A stretch of DNA of 64,000 bases from NCBI GenBank assembly GCA_965232515.1, contig CBDDPY010000002.1:2528001-2592000 (forward strand), read 5' to 3'. Positions within the stretch are counted from its first letter, which is position 1. Each line of letters begins with the position of its first letter. The position numbers and the translations under genes are program-made. Below, in pieces: positions 48,736 through 60,947 of the stretch. This DNA is from Alphaproteobacteria bacterium (lineage in GTDB: Bacteria; Pseudomonadota; Alphaproteobacteria; GCA-2731375). The notes below the pieces were generated by a model. The model made no database searches. It saw only the letters and a list, made by a program, of their open reading frames with translations, and was not told the origin of the DNA.

Positions 48736-49917
48736 ATGACAATCGATGTCGCGGCCGTACGGGCCGACACGCCGGGCTGCGCCAACGTCGCGCATCTCTA
48801 CAATTGCGGCGCCGGGCTGATGCCGCGCCAAGTGTTGGACAGTCTGACCGCGCACTTGACGCTGGAGGCGGAGATCGGCGGCTACGAGGCGGCCAACCGT
48901 TGCGAGGCCGCCGTGGCGCACAGCTATGACGCCATCGCCACGCTGCTGAATTGCGATGCCGACGAGATCGCCATGGTCGAGAATGCGACCGTCGGCTGGG
49001 ACATGGCCTTCTACGGCATGTCGTTCCAGCCTGGCGACCGGATCCTGACGGCGATATCCGAATACGCCTCGAACTACATCGCCTTCCTGCAGGTGGCGAA
49101 GCGCACCGGGGCCGAGATCGTCGTGGTGCCGAACGACGCGGCGGGACAGCTCGACGTGGCGGCGCTGGAAAACCTGATCGACGCGCGCGCCAGGCTGATC
49201 GCGGTAACCCACGTGCCGACGAACGGCGGCCTCGTCAATCCGGCGGCCGAGATCGGACGCGTCGCCCGGGCCGCCGGCGTGCCGTTTCTGCTGGACGCCT
49301 GCCAGGCGGCCGGACATCTGTCGCTCGACGTGCAGGCGATCGGCTGCGACATGCTGTCGGCGACCGGCCGCAAGTATCTGCGCGGCCCCCGGGGCACCGG
49401 GTTCCTTTACGTCGCCCGCCACATGTTGGACAGGCTGGAGCCGCCGTTTCTGGACCTGCACGCGGCCAACTGGGTCGCGCCGGACCGCTACGAACTGCGG
49501 CCCGACGCCAAGCGTTTCGAGAACTGGGAAAGCTACATCGCCGGCAAGATCGGCCTCGGCGTCGCCGTCGATTACGCGCTGGCGCTGGGCATGGACGCCG
49601 TCGAGCAGCGCGTCGACATGCTGGCGGCGGGACTGCGCCAACGCCTCGACTCAATTCCGGCGGTTCGGGTTCAGGATCTCGGCGCCCGCAAATGCGGGAT
49701 CATCAGCTTCTCGATCGACGGGGTCGATCCGAACGACGTCGTGCGCGAGATGGCGGACCGCAACATCAATATCGGCACGACCTCGGTCTTCAGCACCCGG
49801 ATCGACATGGGCGGTCGCGACATCCAACTGATGAACCGGATGGGATTGCACTACTACAATTCCGAGGACGAGCTCGACCGCTTCGCCACGCTGGTCGAAG
49901 ACCTCAGCCGGCGCTGA
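48736..49917 (+). CDS. Class V PLP aminotransferase (EgtE-like C-S lyase family)
   Basis: IGGYEAA, THVPTNGG, LDACQAAG, ATGRKYLRGPRGTG. Confidence 0.85.
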   Translation: MTIDVAAVRADTPGCANVAHLYNCGAGLMPRQVLDSLTAHLTLEAEIGGYEAANRCEAAVAHSYDAIATLLNCDADEIAMVENATVGWDMAFYGMSFQPGDRILTAISEYASNYIAFLQVAKRTGAEIVVVPNDAAGQLDVAALENLIDARARLIAVTHVPTNGGLVNPAAEIGRVARAAGVPFLLDACQAAGHLSLDVQAIGCDMLSATGRKYLRGPRGTGFLYVARHMLDRLEPPFLDLHAANWVAPDRYELRPDAKRFENWESYIAGKIGLGVAVDYALALGMDAVEQRVDMLAAGLRQRLDSIPAVRVQDLGARKCGIISFSIDGVDPNDVVREMADRNINIGTTSVFSTRIDMGGRDIQLMNRMGLHYYNSEDELDRFATLVEDLSRR

Positions 49918-50815
49918 CGCCAGCGCCGGCGAGTGACGCCTGTTCGCGGGTCAGGGCATCGACGACGAAACCGGCCACGACCTTGGTCCGCGCGTGGTCG
50001 CGGATGCGCCGGTCGATCAGCAACCACATGCTGAGGCGCCCCAGCTCGTCCGGACCGAACAGCCGCCGCAGTCCCGCGTCGCCGTCGGCCAGCAGACAGG
50101 GCAGCATGGCGATGCCGACCCCGGCACGGGCCGCGGTCAACCGGGCATGCGGGCTGTTGCTGCGCAGGGCGATGGTCGTCCCCTGGCGACGGCGGCGCAG
50201 CCATTTCGCCGGTGCGACGTGGCCGGCGGAGATGTCGAAGTCGATCACATCGTGATCGGTCAGGCGATCGACGCTGTCGGGCCGGCCCCGACAGTCGAGA
50301 TAGGCCGGCGCGGCATAGACCCCGAAGCCGACGGCGAACGACTCGCGCGCGACGAAATCGCCCTGCGCTGGCTTCTGAAAGCGCAGCGCCAGGTCGGTAT
50401 CGCGGCCGGAGATCTCAGCCGCCGGACTGCCGCTGACCAGCTCCACCCGCAATCCCGGATGATCCCGCTGCAACTGCCCCAGACCGCCGGACAACAGCTC
50501 GGCCGCGACGAATTCCGGCGCCGTGATCCGCACGTCGCCGGCGACCGTCGGCGACCGTCCCGACAGCAGGCGCTTGGCCGCGAACAGCTCCGTCTCGATG
50601 GTCTCGGCCGTGCGCAGCAGCAGCTCGCCGTCGGCCGTCGGCACATAGCCCGAGCGGCGCTGCGCGAACAGCTTCAGCCCGAGTTCCGCCTCCAGCGCCG
50701 CAATGTGGCGCCACACGGTTGCCGGCGACACGCCCAGTCGCCGGCTGGCCTCGGCCAGGCTGCCGGACTGGGCCACGGCCAGCAGATAGCGCAGGTCATC
50801 CCAGCTTTCCGACAT
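49904..50815 (-). CDS. LysR family regulator
   Basis: WDDLRYLLAVAQSGSLAEASRRLGVSPATVWRHI. Confidence 0.9.
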   Translation of the reverse strand: MSESWDDLRYLLAVAQSGSLAEASRRLGVSPATVWRHIAALEAELGLKLFAQRRSGYVPTADGELLLRTAETIETELFAAKRLLSGRSPTVAGDVRITAPEFVAAELLSGGLGQLQRDHPGLRVELVSGSPAAEISGRDTDLALRFQKPAQGDFVARESFAVGFGVYAAPAYLDCRGRPDSVDRLTDHDVIDFDISAGHVAPAKWLRRRRQGTTIALRSNSPHARLTAARAGVGIAMLPCLLADGDAGLRRLFGPDELGRLSMWLLIDRRIRDHARTKVVAGFVVDALTREQASLAGAGVSAG

Positions 50816-50822
50816 GAGAAAT

Positions 50823-50838
50823 CTTTCATTTTTGAAAG
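50823..50838. promoter_or_regulatory. Putative LysR site CTTTCATTTTTGAAAG
   Basis: AT-rich inverted repeat just upstream of the LysR start, in the divergent spacer. Confidence 0.5.
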
Positions 50839-50933
50839 AACAACATTCAAATTTATCGACTTATGTTTCAAATACGGCAAGCCTATCTTCACAGCATTGG
50901 ACATCCCGACAGGTTTGTGACGGAACGAAACCC

Positions 50934-51260
50934 ATGTCTCAATCGACCTTTCCCGACGCCATCCGGCGGCTGGAGCCCTACAGCGAGCGCTTCGACGCGT
51001 ATCGGCTGCGCGGCCAGGGCTGCGATGTCTATTTCGCCACTTATCCGGCCGGCACGGAGATCGAGCCGCATCATCACGACAGCGACAATCACGGTCTGAT
51101 CACCAAGGGCGAGCTGATCCTGCTGATCGATGGGGAGGAGCGGCGCTTCGCGGCCGGCAGCTGGTATCACATCCCGCCCGGCGCCACGCACGCGGCGCGC
51201 TTCGAGCAGTCGACCGAAGAGATCGAGTTCTGGTTTACCGGCGGCTCAGCGCCAGGCTAA
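50934..51260 (+). CDS. Cupin domain protein
   Basis: PHHHDSDNHG...WYHIPPGATHAA. Confidence 0.85.
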   Translation: MSQSTFPDAIRRLEPYSERFDAYRLRGQGCDVYFATYPAGTEIEPHHHDSDNHGLITKGELILLIDGEERRFAAGSWYHIPPGATHAARFEQSTEEIEFWFTGGSAPG

Positions 51261-51727
51261 CGCAGGTCGAGTTCGAGAAACTTGGCGGTGGGCACGGGAT
51301 TGAAGCAGTAGGGTTCGATCTCGCGGAATCCCCGGGCGAGATAGATCTCGATTGCCCGCGGCTGTGCGTCGGTCACCGTATCCAGCCGCATGGCCCGATA
51401 GCCCAGGCGCCGCCCCTCGGCAATGACGGCATCGACCAGCCGGGAGCCGAGGCCAGTGCCCCGCGCCGTCGGCCGGAGATAAAGCCGCTTCATCTCGCAG
51501 AATCCGTCGCCGAGGTCGCGCAGGCCGACCACGCCGACCGGCAGGCTATCAAGCTTCGCCAACAGCAGCGCGCCCGTCGGTGGCCCGTACTTGCCGGGAA
51601 AGTCTTTCAGCTCGGCCTCGAAATCCTGGAAATCGAGCTCGAATTCCAGGTCGTCGACATATTCACGAAACAGCGTCTTGACGGCGTCGAGATCCGCACC
51701 GGTCCGCGCCTGCACGATCTCGCTCAC
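51257..51727 (-). CDS. GNAT acetyltransferase
   Basis: CEMKRLYLRPTARGTGLG, MRLDT; start GTG51727 overlaps the upstream stop. Confidence 0.88.
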   Translation of the reverse strand: MSEIVQARTGADLDAVKTLFREYVDDLEFELDFQDFEAELKDFPGKYGPPTGALLLAKLDSLPVGVVGLRDLGDGFCEMKRLYLRPTARGTGLGSRLVDAVIAEGRRLGYRAMRLDTVTDAQPRAIEIYLARGFREIEPYCFNPVPTAKFLELDLR

Positions 51728-52503
51728 AGCGTGATCGTCCCCTCCATATAGAAGGCGCAGGCGCCGGTGAGATGGACACGGTCGTCGATCAGTTCGCATA
51801 CGAGATCGCCGCCGCGCTCGGAAATTTGCCGCGCCGTCAACACCGACTTGTCGAGCTTCATCGCCCAGTAAGGCGCGCCCATGCAATGCGCCGAACCCGT
51901 GACCGGGTCCTCGTTGATGCCGGAGACCGGCGCGAAGAACCGTGAGACGAAATCGACGTCGCGGCCCGGCGCCGTCGCCATCACATTCGCGCCTTCCAGC
52001 CGCCCAAGACTGTTGAAGTCCGGCGTCAGTACCTCGATCTCTTCTTCGTTGGCATAGACCAACATGTAGAAGCGGGCTTTCAGGATCTCGACCGGCGCGC
52101 CGCCTATGGATTCCACCAGGCCGGGCGGCGGCTCGACAGGTTCGGGCGGCAGAGCCGGGAAATCCATTTTCAGCCGGTCGCCGTCGCGCCGCACATGGAG
52201 CGGCCCGGACAGCGTGTCGAACGCCACAGCGTCCGTTCCCGGACGCAGATAGTTCAGCACGACATGACCGCTGGCAAGCGTCGCATGGCCGCAGAGCGGG
52301 ACCTCGACCGCCGGCGTGAACCAGCGCAAATGATAGCCCTCGTCGTTCGATACGATGAAAGCCGTCTCGGAAAGGTTGTTCTCGGCAGCGATCGCCTGCA
52401 GCGTCGCATCGTCCAGCCAGTCGTCGAGCGGGCAGACGGCGGCGGGATTGCCAGCAAACGGCCGGTCGGTGAACGCGTCGATCTGATAGAGCTTGATCTG
52501 CAT
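51724..52503 (-). CDS. PhzF family epimerase/isomerase
   Basis: DAFTDRPFAGNPAAV, NLSETAF, EVPLCGHATLA, EDPVTGSAH. Confidence 0.93.
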   Translation of the reverse strand: MQIKLYQIDAFTDRPFAGNPAAVCPLDDWLDDATLQAIAAENNLSETAFIVSNDEGYHLRWFTPAVEVPLCGHATLASGHVVLNYLRPGTDAVAFDTLSGPLHVRRDGDRLKMDFPALPPEPVEPPPGLVESIGGAPVEILKARFYMLVYANEEEIEVLTPDFNSLGRLEGANVMATAPGRDVDFVSRFFAPVSGINEDPVTGSAHCMGAPYWAMKLDKSVLTARQISERGGDLVCELIDDRVHLTGACAFYMEGTITL

Positions 52504-52594
52504 TGGGACATTCCTGCTGCGTCGCGGCGCCCGCACTGACTCTTGGCGGCGCCATGTCCCCGCCGCCTGCCGACGGCGGGGACAATTGAAGGAT

Positions 52595-52840
52595 CTAAGC
52601 GCGCCAGAAAGGTTTGCGGCTCTCCTGATCAACCTGGATGCGGGTCAGGCCTACGTCCTTGAGCATGCGGTCATCCATTTCGCCTAGCGCATGCCGTTCG
52701 GCAGCACGCGACTGCCAGAGCAGCAGCAGATCGAAGAGCCCGAAGCGGCGCCGTACCAGACCGTTGGTCCATTTGCCGGCCGGCCGCCGATTCAAGTTCG
52801 GATGGATTGTATGCGTCCAATTTTTCGCAAAATCGCTCAT
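52595..52840 (-). CDS. DUF1127 (YjiS-like) small protein
   Basis: ERHALGEMDDRMLKDVGLTR...KPFWRA. Confidence 0.88.
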   Translation of the reverse strand: MSDFAKNWTHTIHPNLNRRPAGKWTNGLVRRRFGLFDLLLLWQSRAAERHALGEMDDRMLKDVGLTRIQVDQESRKPFWRA

Positions 52841-52869
52841 TGCCTGACTCCATCAATATGTTGTTGCCA

Positions 52870-52953
52870 ACAATCTCCCTGACGTTTTTGGAACAATGTG
52901 ACAATAAGCTTGACATTGTCTCCAAACAAGCGAAATATTGTCATGATGACAAT
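52870..52953. promoter_or_regulatory. Putative MocR operator array (ACAAT/ATTGT pentamers)
   Basis: Six pentamers, including the palindrome ATTGTCAT-G-ATGACAAT over the regulator start. Confidence 0.55.
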
Positions 52954-54334
52954 TTGGGTTCCCGATTTGTCGAACCGCGACGGGCCGCTCTATTCGGCCA
53001 TCGCGGACGCCATCGACGACGCGGTCCGGAGCGGCGATCTGCCGCCGGATTCGCGGCTACCCCCGCAGCGCGAGCTGGCCTGGCGGCTCGGCGTCACGGT
53101 CGGCACGGTGACGCGGGCCTATGCGCTGGCCGAGCAGCGCGGCGCGGTATCCGCCCATGTCGGCCGCGGCACCTTCGTTCGGCCCTCGCCCGGCTACGCC
53201 GTGGCCTCGCCCTACTTTCCCGATCCGGCCCCGAACATCATCGATCTCAGCGTCAACACGCCGCTCTACGATCTGCCGTCGGAGGCCCTGCGCCGAGCCC
53301 TCGCCGATCTCTCCCGCCGCCCCGATCTCGACGCCCTATTGCGCTACACACCCGATCGGGGGCATGAGCGGCATCGGGCGGCCGGCGCCATTTGGATGCG
53401 CCGGGTCGGCATCGAGGCGACGCCCGACTGTGTCGTGCTCGCCAATGGCGTTCAGCAGGGCCTGACCACGGCGCTGCTCACCCTGACGCAGCCGGGCGAC
53501 ACCGTGCTGACCGAGGAGCTGACCTATGGCGGCATCATCGAAGCCGCCCAGATCTGCCGCGTCGGCTTGCGCGGCCTCGCCATGGACGCGGATGGCATCA
53601 TCCCCGACGCGCTGGCCGAGGTGGCGACGGAGACCGGCGCGCGGGTGCTGGTGACCAACCCGACGATCCACAATCCGACATCGATCGACGTGCCCGAACA
53701 GCGGCGGCGTGAGCTGCTGGCGATCGCCGAGGCGCACGACATGCTGATCGTCGAGGACGACGTCTATGGCAACCTGCCGGCCGAGCGCGCGCCGCCCATG
53801 GCCGCCCTGGCGCCGGATCGCGTGGTCTATGTGACCAGTGCCTCGAAATGCATGGCGCCGGGCCTGCGGGTCGCCTGGCTCGCCTGCCCGGAGAAGCTCG
53901 CCGGACGGATCGCCGAGTCGATCCACATGCAGGCGGTCTGCCTGCCGCCGCTGACGGCCGAGATCGCCACCATGTGGATCGAGGACGGCACCGGCGATGA
54001 GCTGGCCCAGAGCATTGCCGACGAGGCGACGGCGCGCCAGGACCTGGCGACCGAGGCTTTCGACGGCCTGGACTGGCACAGCCATCCGAACGGCTTTCAC
54101 GGCCTGCTCTACCTGCCGAGTCCCTGGCGGCGCGAGACCTTCGCGGCGGCGGCGGCGCAACGCGGCGTGCGCATCGTGCCCGCCGGCACCTTCGCCGTCG
54201 GCCAGACCACGGCGCCGCATGCGGTGCGTCTGGCCCTGATCGCCGCGCGCGACCGCGCGGTGCTGGGCCAGGCGCTGTCGACGCTGTCGGAACTCGCCCG
54301 CTCCGCGCCCGGATCGCGGGGCATCGTTATCTGA
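52943..54334 (+). CDS. MocR/GabR family GntR-aminotransferase regulator
   Basis: RLPPQRELAWRLGVTVGTVTRAY wHTH; IVEDDVYG; SASKCMAPGLRV. Confidence 0.92.
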   Translation: MMTIWVPDLSNRDGPLYSAIADAIDDAVRSGDLPPDSRLPPQRELAWRLGVTVGTVTRAYALAEQRGAVSAHVGRGTFVRPSPGYAVASPYFPDPAPNIIDLSVNTPLYDLPSEALRRALADLSRRPDLDALLRYTPDRGHERHRAAGAIWMRRVGIEATPDCVVLANGVQQGLTTALLTLTQPGDTVLTEELTYGGIIEAAQICRVGLRGLAMDADGIIPDALAEVATETGARVLVTNPTIHNPTSIDVPEQRRRELLAIAEAHDMLIVEDDVYGNLPAERAPPMAALAPDRVVYVTSASKCMAPGLRVAWLACPEKLAGRIAESIHMQAVCLPPLTAEIATMWIEDGTGDELAQSIADEATARQDLATEAFDGLDWHSHPNGFHGLLYLPSPWRRETFAAAAAQRGVRIVPAGTFAVGQTTAPHAVRLALIAARDRAVLGQALSTLSELARSAPGSRGIVI

Positions 54335-54408
54335 CCCATCGCGCTACGGTGGCAACGAATGCTGCGGCGTGCCAAGCTTTCGGCCGATTCCGGATTGCGG
54401 AGGCGCGG

Positions 54409-55517
54409 ATGGCGATGCCCGAAAACGATCACCTGCCGCATCGCGCGGAACATGTCGGCAGCTTGCTGCGGCCAGAGAATTTGAAGCAGGCGGCACGGCA
54501 GCATCGGCTTGGCGCGATCGACGACGACGCGTTTGAAAAAACCGTCGAGGAGGAAATCGCAAACGCCATCCGCTTGCAGGAAGAGGTCGGCCTGCGCTCG
54601 ATCACCGACGGCGAGTTTCGGCGCAGCTCTTGGTTCGGCTTCTACTTCGACGGTCTCTCGGGACTCAGTCTGAAGGACAGCCGTTTCAGCTTCCGCGACG
54701 CCGAGGGCAAGACCTATACCTGGCCAACCTGCTATTTCGACGGCCCGCTGCGCCGCACGCGGCCCATCTGCCTGCCCGAGTTCCAGACCATCGCCCGGCA
54801 CACGACGGCGGTGCCGAAGGCGACGATGCCGTCACCCAGCGCCTTTCATTTCTTCCGCGGCCGCGAGGCGGTCGATCCCACGGTCTATCCAGAGCTCGGC
54901 TTGTTCTGGGACGATCTTGTCGCGGTCTATCGTCAGGAGATCGCCGACCTCGCCGCGGCCGGCTGCCGATATCTGCAGTTCGACGAGGTGCCGCTCGCCA
55001 TGCTGTGCGACGCCAACGTGCGGCAGCAGATCAGCGATGCCGGCGAGGCGCCGGAAGCTTTCATCGGCATGTATCTCGACGTCATGGGGCGTGTGCTTGC
55101 CGACGTGCCGTCGGACATGACCGTCGGCATGCATATGTGCCGCGGCAACTTCCGCTCGCGCTGGATGGCGGAAGGCGGCTACGAGCCGGTCGCGGAACGC
55201 CTGTTCGGCGAGCTGCCGGTCGACGCGTTCTTTCTGGAATACGACAGCCCGCGGGCCGGCGATTTTTCGCCGCTGCGCCTGATGGGCGCCGATAAATCGG
55301 TGGTTCTCGGCATCATCAGCACGAAGACATCGGAACTGGAGCCGGTCGACGAGTTGAGCCGGCGTATCGACGAGGCAAGCCGGTACGTGCCGCTGGACCG
55401 CCTGGCGGTCAGCCCGCAATGCGGTTTCGCCAGCGTCGCCGGCGGCAACAGCATCGGCGAGGCCGACCAGAAGGCGAAGCTCAGGCTTGTCGTCGAGCTG
55501 GCCGACGCGATCTGGGG

Positions 55518-55521
<4 letters not shown>
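54409..55521 (+). CDS. Cobalamin-independent methionine synthase II family protein (single-barrel MetE-like)
   Basis: EHVGSLLRP, ITDGEFRR, HMCRGN, SPQCGFAS (Zn ligands). Confidence 0.85.
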
Positions 55522-57670
<2,149 letters not shown>

Positions 57671-57748
57671 GCAACACACCCACGCGCGTTCGCCGACGAA
57701 TCACGGCCGGTCAAAACCTAACATATGCCGGGGATTCCTGCGCAACGC

Positions 57749-58855
57749 TTAACATGAGCCGCCTGTGATCAGTGCGTGCCAAATCGTCACGGCCTGACGG
57801 CTTTCGGCAACGTCATGCAAGCGGACGATCTGGACGCCCTGAGCCAGTCCCTGCAGCATGGCCGCAAGCGAGCCCGGCAGACGCGCCGATGGCGTCTTTT
57901 CGCCACTCAATCGCCCGATGAATCCCTTTCGCGACACGCCGAGCAACAATGGGCAGCCCAGGCCGTGGAACAGCGACAGCCCGCGCAGCAGCTGGAGATT
58001 GTGCGACAACGTCTTGCCGAAGCCGATGCCGGGATCGATAACCAGCCGCTCACGGGCGATGCCGGCCGCTTCGCAGACGTCGATCCGATCCGCCAGAAAG
58101 TCGTAGACGTCGAGCAGCACGTCGTCATAGACGGGATCGTCCTGCATGGACGCCGGATCGCCCTGCGCATGCATCAGCACGACCGGAAGGCCGCTCCCGG
58201 CGGCGACGGCAAGGCTCTCGGGCTCATGGCGAAGTGCGCTGACATCGTTGATGACGGCGGCTCCCGCGGCGACCGCGGATCGCATGACGGCGGCATGCCG
58301 GGTGTCGATCGACAGCGGCGACGGCGCGTTCGACAGTCCGGCCAGCACCGGCAGGATACGCTCGACCTCAACGCCGGCCGGTGTTTCCGCCGCGCCGGGA
58401 CGCGTCGACTCGCCGCCAACATCGATGAGATCGGCGCCGGCTTGCACCATTTCCCAGGCGTGGTCGATCGCCGCCTCGGTGTCGACGAAGGCGCCGCCGT
58501 CCGAAAAGCTGTCCGGCGTCACATTCAAAACGCCCATCAGCCGCGGCCGGTCCATCGTCAGACCGGCGATATCGGCGCGGGGCGCCGTCAGCCGACCCAG
58601 CCGCGCCTGAACCTCGGCATGACGCGCTTCGCCAACGGATGCCGCCCATTCCAGGACCTGATCGATCGAGGCAATCGCATCGGCATCGCCCGGCCGCAGC
58701 CGTACCTGCAGATCTTCGAAGGCGAGGGGACCGCCGGCGAGCGGCCGGCAGGCCGGCCCGAGATCGCCGGTACGGGCCGGGATTGGACGCAGGTAAAGCC
58801 GGGTATCGTCGGCGACGACGCGCGGCAACGCGGCTAACGATCGGGAAGCGGTCAT
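57749..58855 (-). CDS. folP: Dihydropteroate synthase with N-terminal extension
   Basis: MGVLNVTPDSFSDGG, GGESTRPG, IDPGIGFGK, GVSRKGFI. Confidence 0.95.
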   Translation of the reverse strand: MTASRSLAALPRVVADDTRLYLRPIPARTGDLGPACRPLAGGPLAFEDLQVRLRPGDADAIASIDQVLEWAASVGEARHAEVQARLGRLTAPRADIAGLTMDRPRLMGVLNVTPDSFSDGGAFVDTEAAIDHAWEMVQAGADLIDVGGESTRPGAAETPAGVEVERILPVLAGLSNAPSPLSIDTRHAAVMRSAVAAGAAVINDVSALRHEPESLAVAAGSGLPVVLMHAQGDPASMQDDPVYDDVLLDVYDFLADRIDVCEAAGIARERLVIDPGIGFGKTLSHNLQLLRGLSLFHGLGCPLLLGVSRKGFIGRLSGEKTPSARLPGSLAAMLQGLAQGVQIVRLHDVAESRQAVTIWHALITGGSC

Positions 58856-58892
58856 CGAAGAAATGGTGCGGCCGGCCGAAGCCGGCCGGTCC

Positions 58893-60824
58893 TCAGGAGC
58901 CCGGCTGCGGTTCCGGCTCCATGCTGCCCGGATTTTCGTTGCCCTTGGGCTTGCCGGACGATGGCACCGAGGTCGAGGCCGCGGCGTCCTCGGGTGGCTC
59001 GCTCAGATCCTCGCGGACGATGGTTTCGCCGCGCAGCAGCCCGCGAACCTCTTCGCCGGACAGGGTCTCGTACTCCAGCAGCGCCTTGGCCACATTGTGC
59101 AGGTCGTCCATATGCTCTTCCAGCACCTGGCGCGCCCGGCCTTCGGCCGTCTCGACCAACTTCCGGATTTCCTCGTCGATGATCTGCGCCGTCGCCTCGG
59201 AGATGTTCTTACGCTGGGTGACCGAATGGCCGAGGAAAATCTCCTCGTCATTCTCGTGATAACGCAACGGACCGAGCTTCTCGCTCATGCCGTATTCCGT
59301 CACCATGGCCCGCGCCCAATTGGTCGCCTGCTGGATGTCGTTGCCGGCGCCCGTGGTGACATTCTCCTTGCCGTAGATCAGCTCTTCGGCGACCCGGCCG
59401 CCGAAGGCCATGGCCAGGCGCGCTTCGATCTCCATCTTCTTGTGGCTCAGACGGTCGCGCTCCGGCAGGTTCATGGTCACGCCCAGCGCGCGTCCGCGCG
59501 GAATGATCGTCACCTTGTGCAGCGGATCGTTGCCCGGAATGAACAGACTGACGAGCGCATGACCGGTCTCGTGATAGGCCGTCATTTCCTTCTCGTCGTC
59601 GGTCATGACCATGGAGCGCCGCTCGGTGCCCATCATGACCTTGTCCTTGGCGGACTCGAACTCGTTCATGGTGACGACGCGCTTGTTCTTGCGCGCCGCC
59701 AGCAGCGCCGCCTCGTTCACCAGGTTCGCGAGGTCGGCGCCGGAAAAGCCGGGCGTGCCGCGCGCCACGGTGCGCACATCGACGTCGGGCGCAATCGGCA
59801 CCTTGCGCATATGTACTTTCAGGATCTGCTCGCGGCCGAGAATATCGGGGTTGGGCACCACGACCTGACGGTCGAAACGGCCCGGACGCAGCAGCGCCGG
59901 GTCCAGCACGTCCGGCCGGTTCGTCGCCGCGATCAGGATCACGCCGTCGTTCGCCTCGAAGCCGTCCATTTCGACCAGCAGCTGGTTCAGCGTCTGCTCG
60001 CGCTCGTCGTTGCCGCCGCCGAGGCCGGCGCCGCGATGCCGGCCGACGGCATCGATTTCGTCGATGAAGATAATGCAGGGCGCGTTCTTCTTCGCCTGCT
60101 CGAACATGTCGCGCACACGGCTGGCGCCGACGCCGACGAACATCTCGACAAAGTCGGAGCCGGAAATCGTGAAGAACGGCACGTTCGCCTCACCGGCGAT
60201 GGCGCGGGCCAGCAGCGTCTTACCGGTACCAGGCGGGCCGACCAGCAGCGCGCCCTTCGGGATGCGCCCGCCCAGCCGCTGGAACTTCTGCGGGTCCTTC
60301 AGGAACTCGACGATCTCTTCCAGTTCTTCCTTGGCCTCCTCGATGCCGGCGACGTCATCGAATGTGACGCGTCCCGATCGTTCGGTCAGCAATCGGGCTT
60401 TCGATTTGCCGAAGCCCATGGCTTTACCGCCGCCGGACTGCATCTGTCGCATGAAGAAGATCCAGACGCCGATCAGCAGCAGCATCGGGAACCAGTTCAG
60501 CAGGATCGCGAACAGCGTCGGCGTGCCTTCCTCGTCCGGCGCCGCGTTGATCGTGATACCGCGGTCCGCGAGGCGTTGGACCAGATCGGGATCGTCGGGC
60601 GCATAGGTGTTGAAGGCGCGGCCATCCGTATAGTGACCGGAAATCGACCGGCCCTTAATGGTCACATCGCGAATGTCGCCGGAATTCACTTCCGCGAGGA
60701 AATCGGAGTAGGCGCGCGTCGAACTCGGCCCGCGCTGGGAAGGACTTTGAAATAGATTGAAAACGGCAAGCACCAGCAAGCCGATAATCACCCACAAAAC
60801 GATGTTGCGGCTGAAATTATTCAC
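58893..60824 (-). CDS. ftsH: ATP-dependent zinc metalloprotease FtsH
   Basis: Two TM segments; GPPGTGKT; ALLRPGRFD; HETGH. Confidence 0.98.
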   Translation of the reverse strand: MNNFSRNIVLWVIIGLLVLAVFNLFQSPSQRGPSSTRAYSDFLAEVNSGDIRDVTIKGRSISGHYTDGRAFNTYAPDDPDLVQRLADRGITINAAPDEEGTPTLFAILLNWFPMLLLIGVWIFFMRQMQSGGGKAMGFGKSKARLLTERSGRVTFDDVAGIEEAKEELEEIVEFLKDPQKFQRLGGRIPKGALLVGPPGTGKTLLARAIAGEANVPFFTISGSDFVEMFVGVGASRVRDMFEQAKKNAPCIIFIDEIDAVGRHRGAGLGGGNDEREQTLNQLLVEMDGFEANDGVILIAATNRPDVLDPALLRPGRFDRQVVVPNPDILGREQILKVHMRKVPIAPDVDVRTVARGTPGFSGADLANLVNEAALLAARKNKRVVTMNEFESAKDKVMMGTERRSMVMTDDEKEMTAYHETGHALVSLFIPGNDPLHKVTIIPRGRALGVTMNLPERDRLSHKKMEIEARLAMAFGGRVAEELIYGKENVTTGAGNDIQQATNWARAMVTEYGMSEKLGPLRYHENDEEIFLGHSVTQRKNISEATAQIIDEEIRKLVETAEGRARQVLEEHMDDLHNVAKALLEYETLSGEEVRGLLRGETIVREDLSEPPEDAAASTSVPSSGKPKGNENPGSMEPEPQPGS

Positions 60825-60947
60825 GACGTTTACTTCTCCCGCGCCGCCGGCGCCTCGCTTGATGGCAGCTGATGCCAGGACTTAAGGTCGACGCCCATTC
60901 ATTACAACATTTCCAAGCTAGGCTTTAAAGATAATGTGACCAAATCG

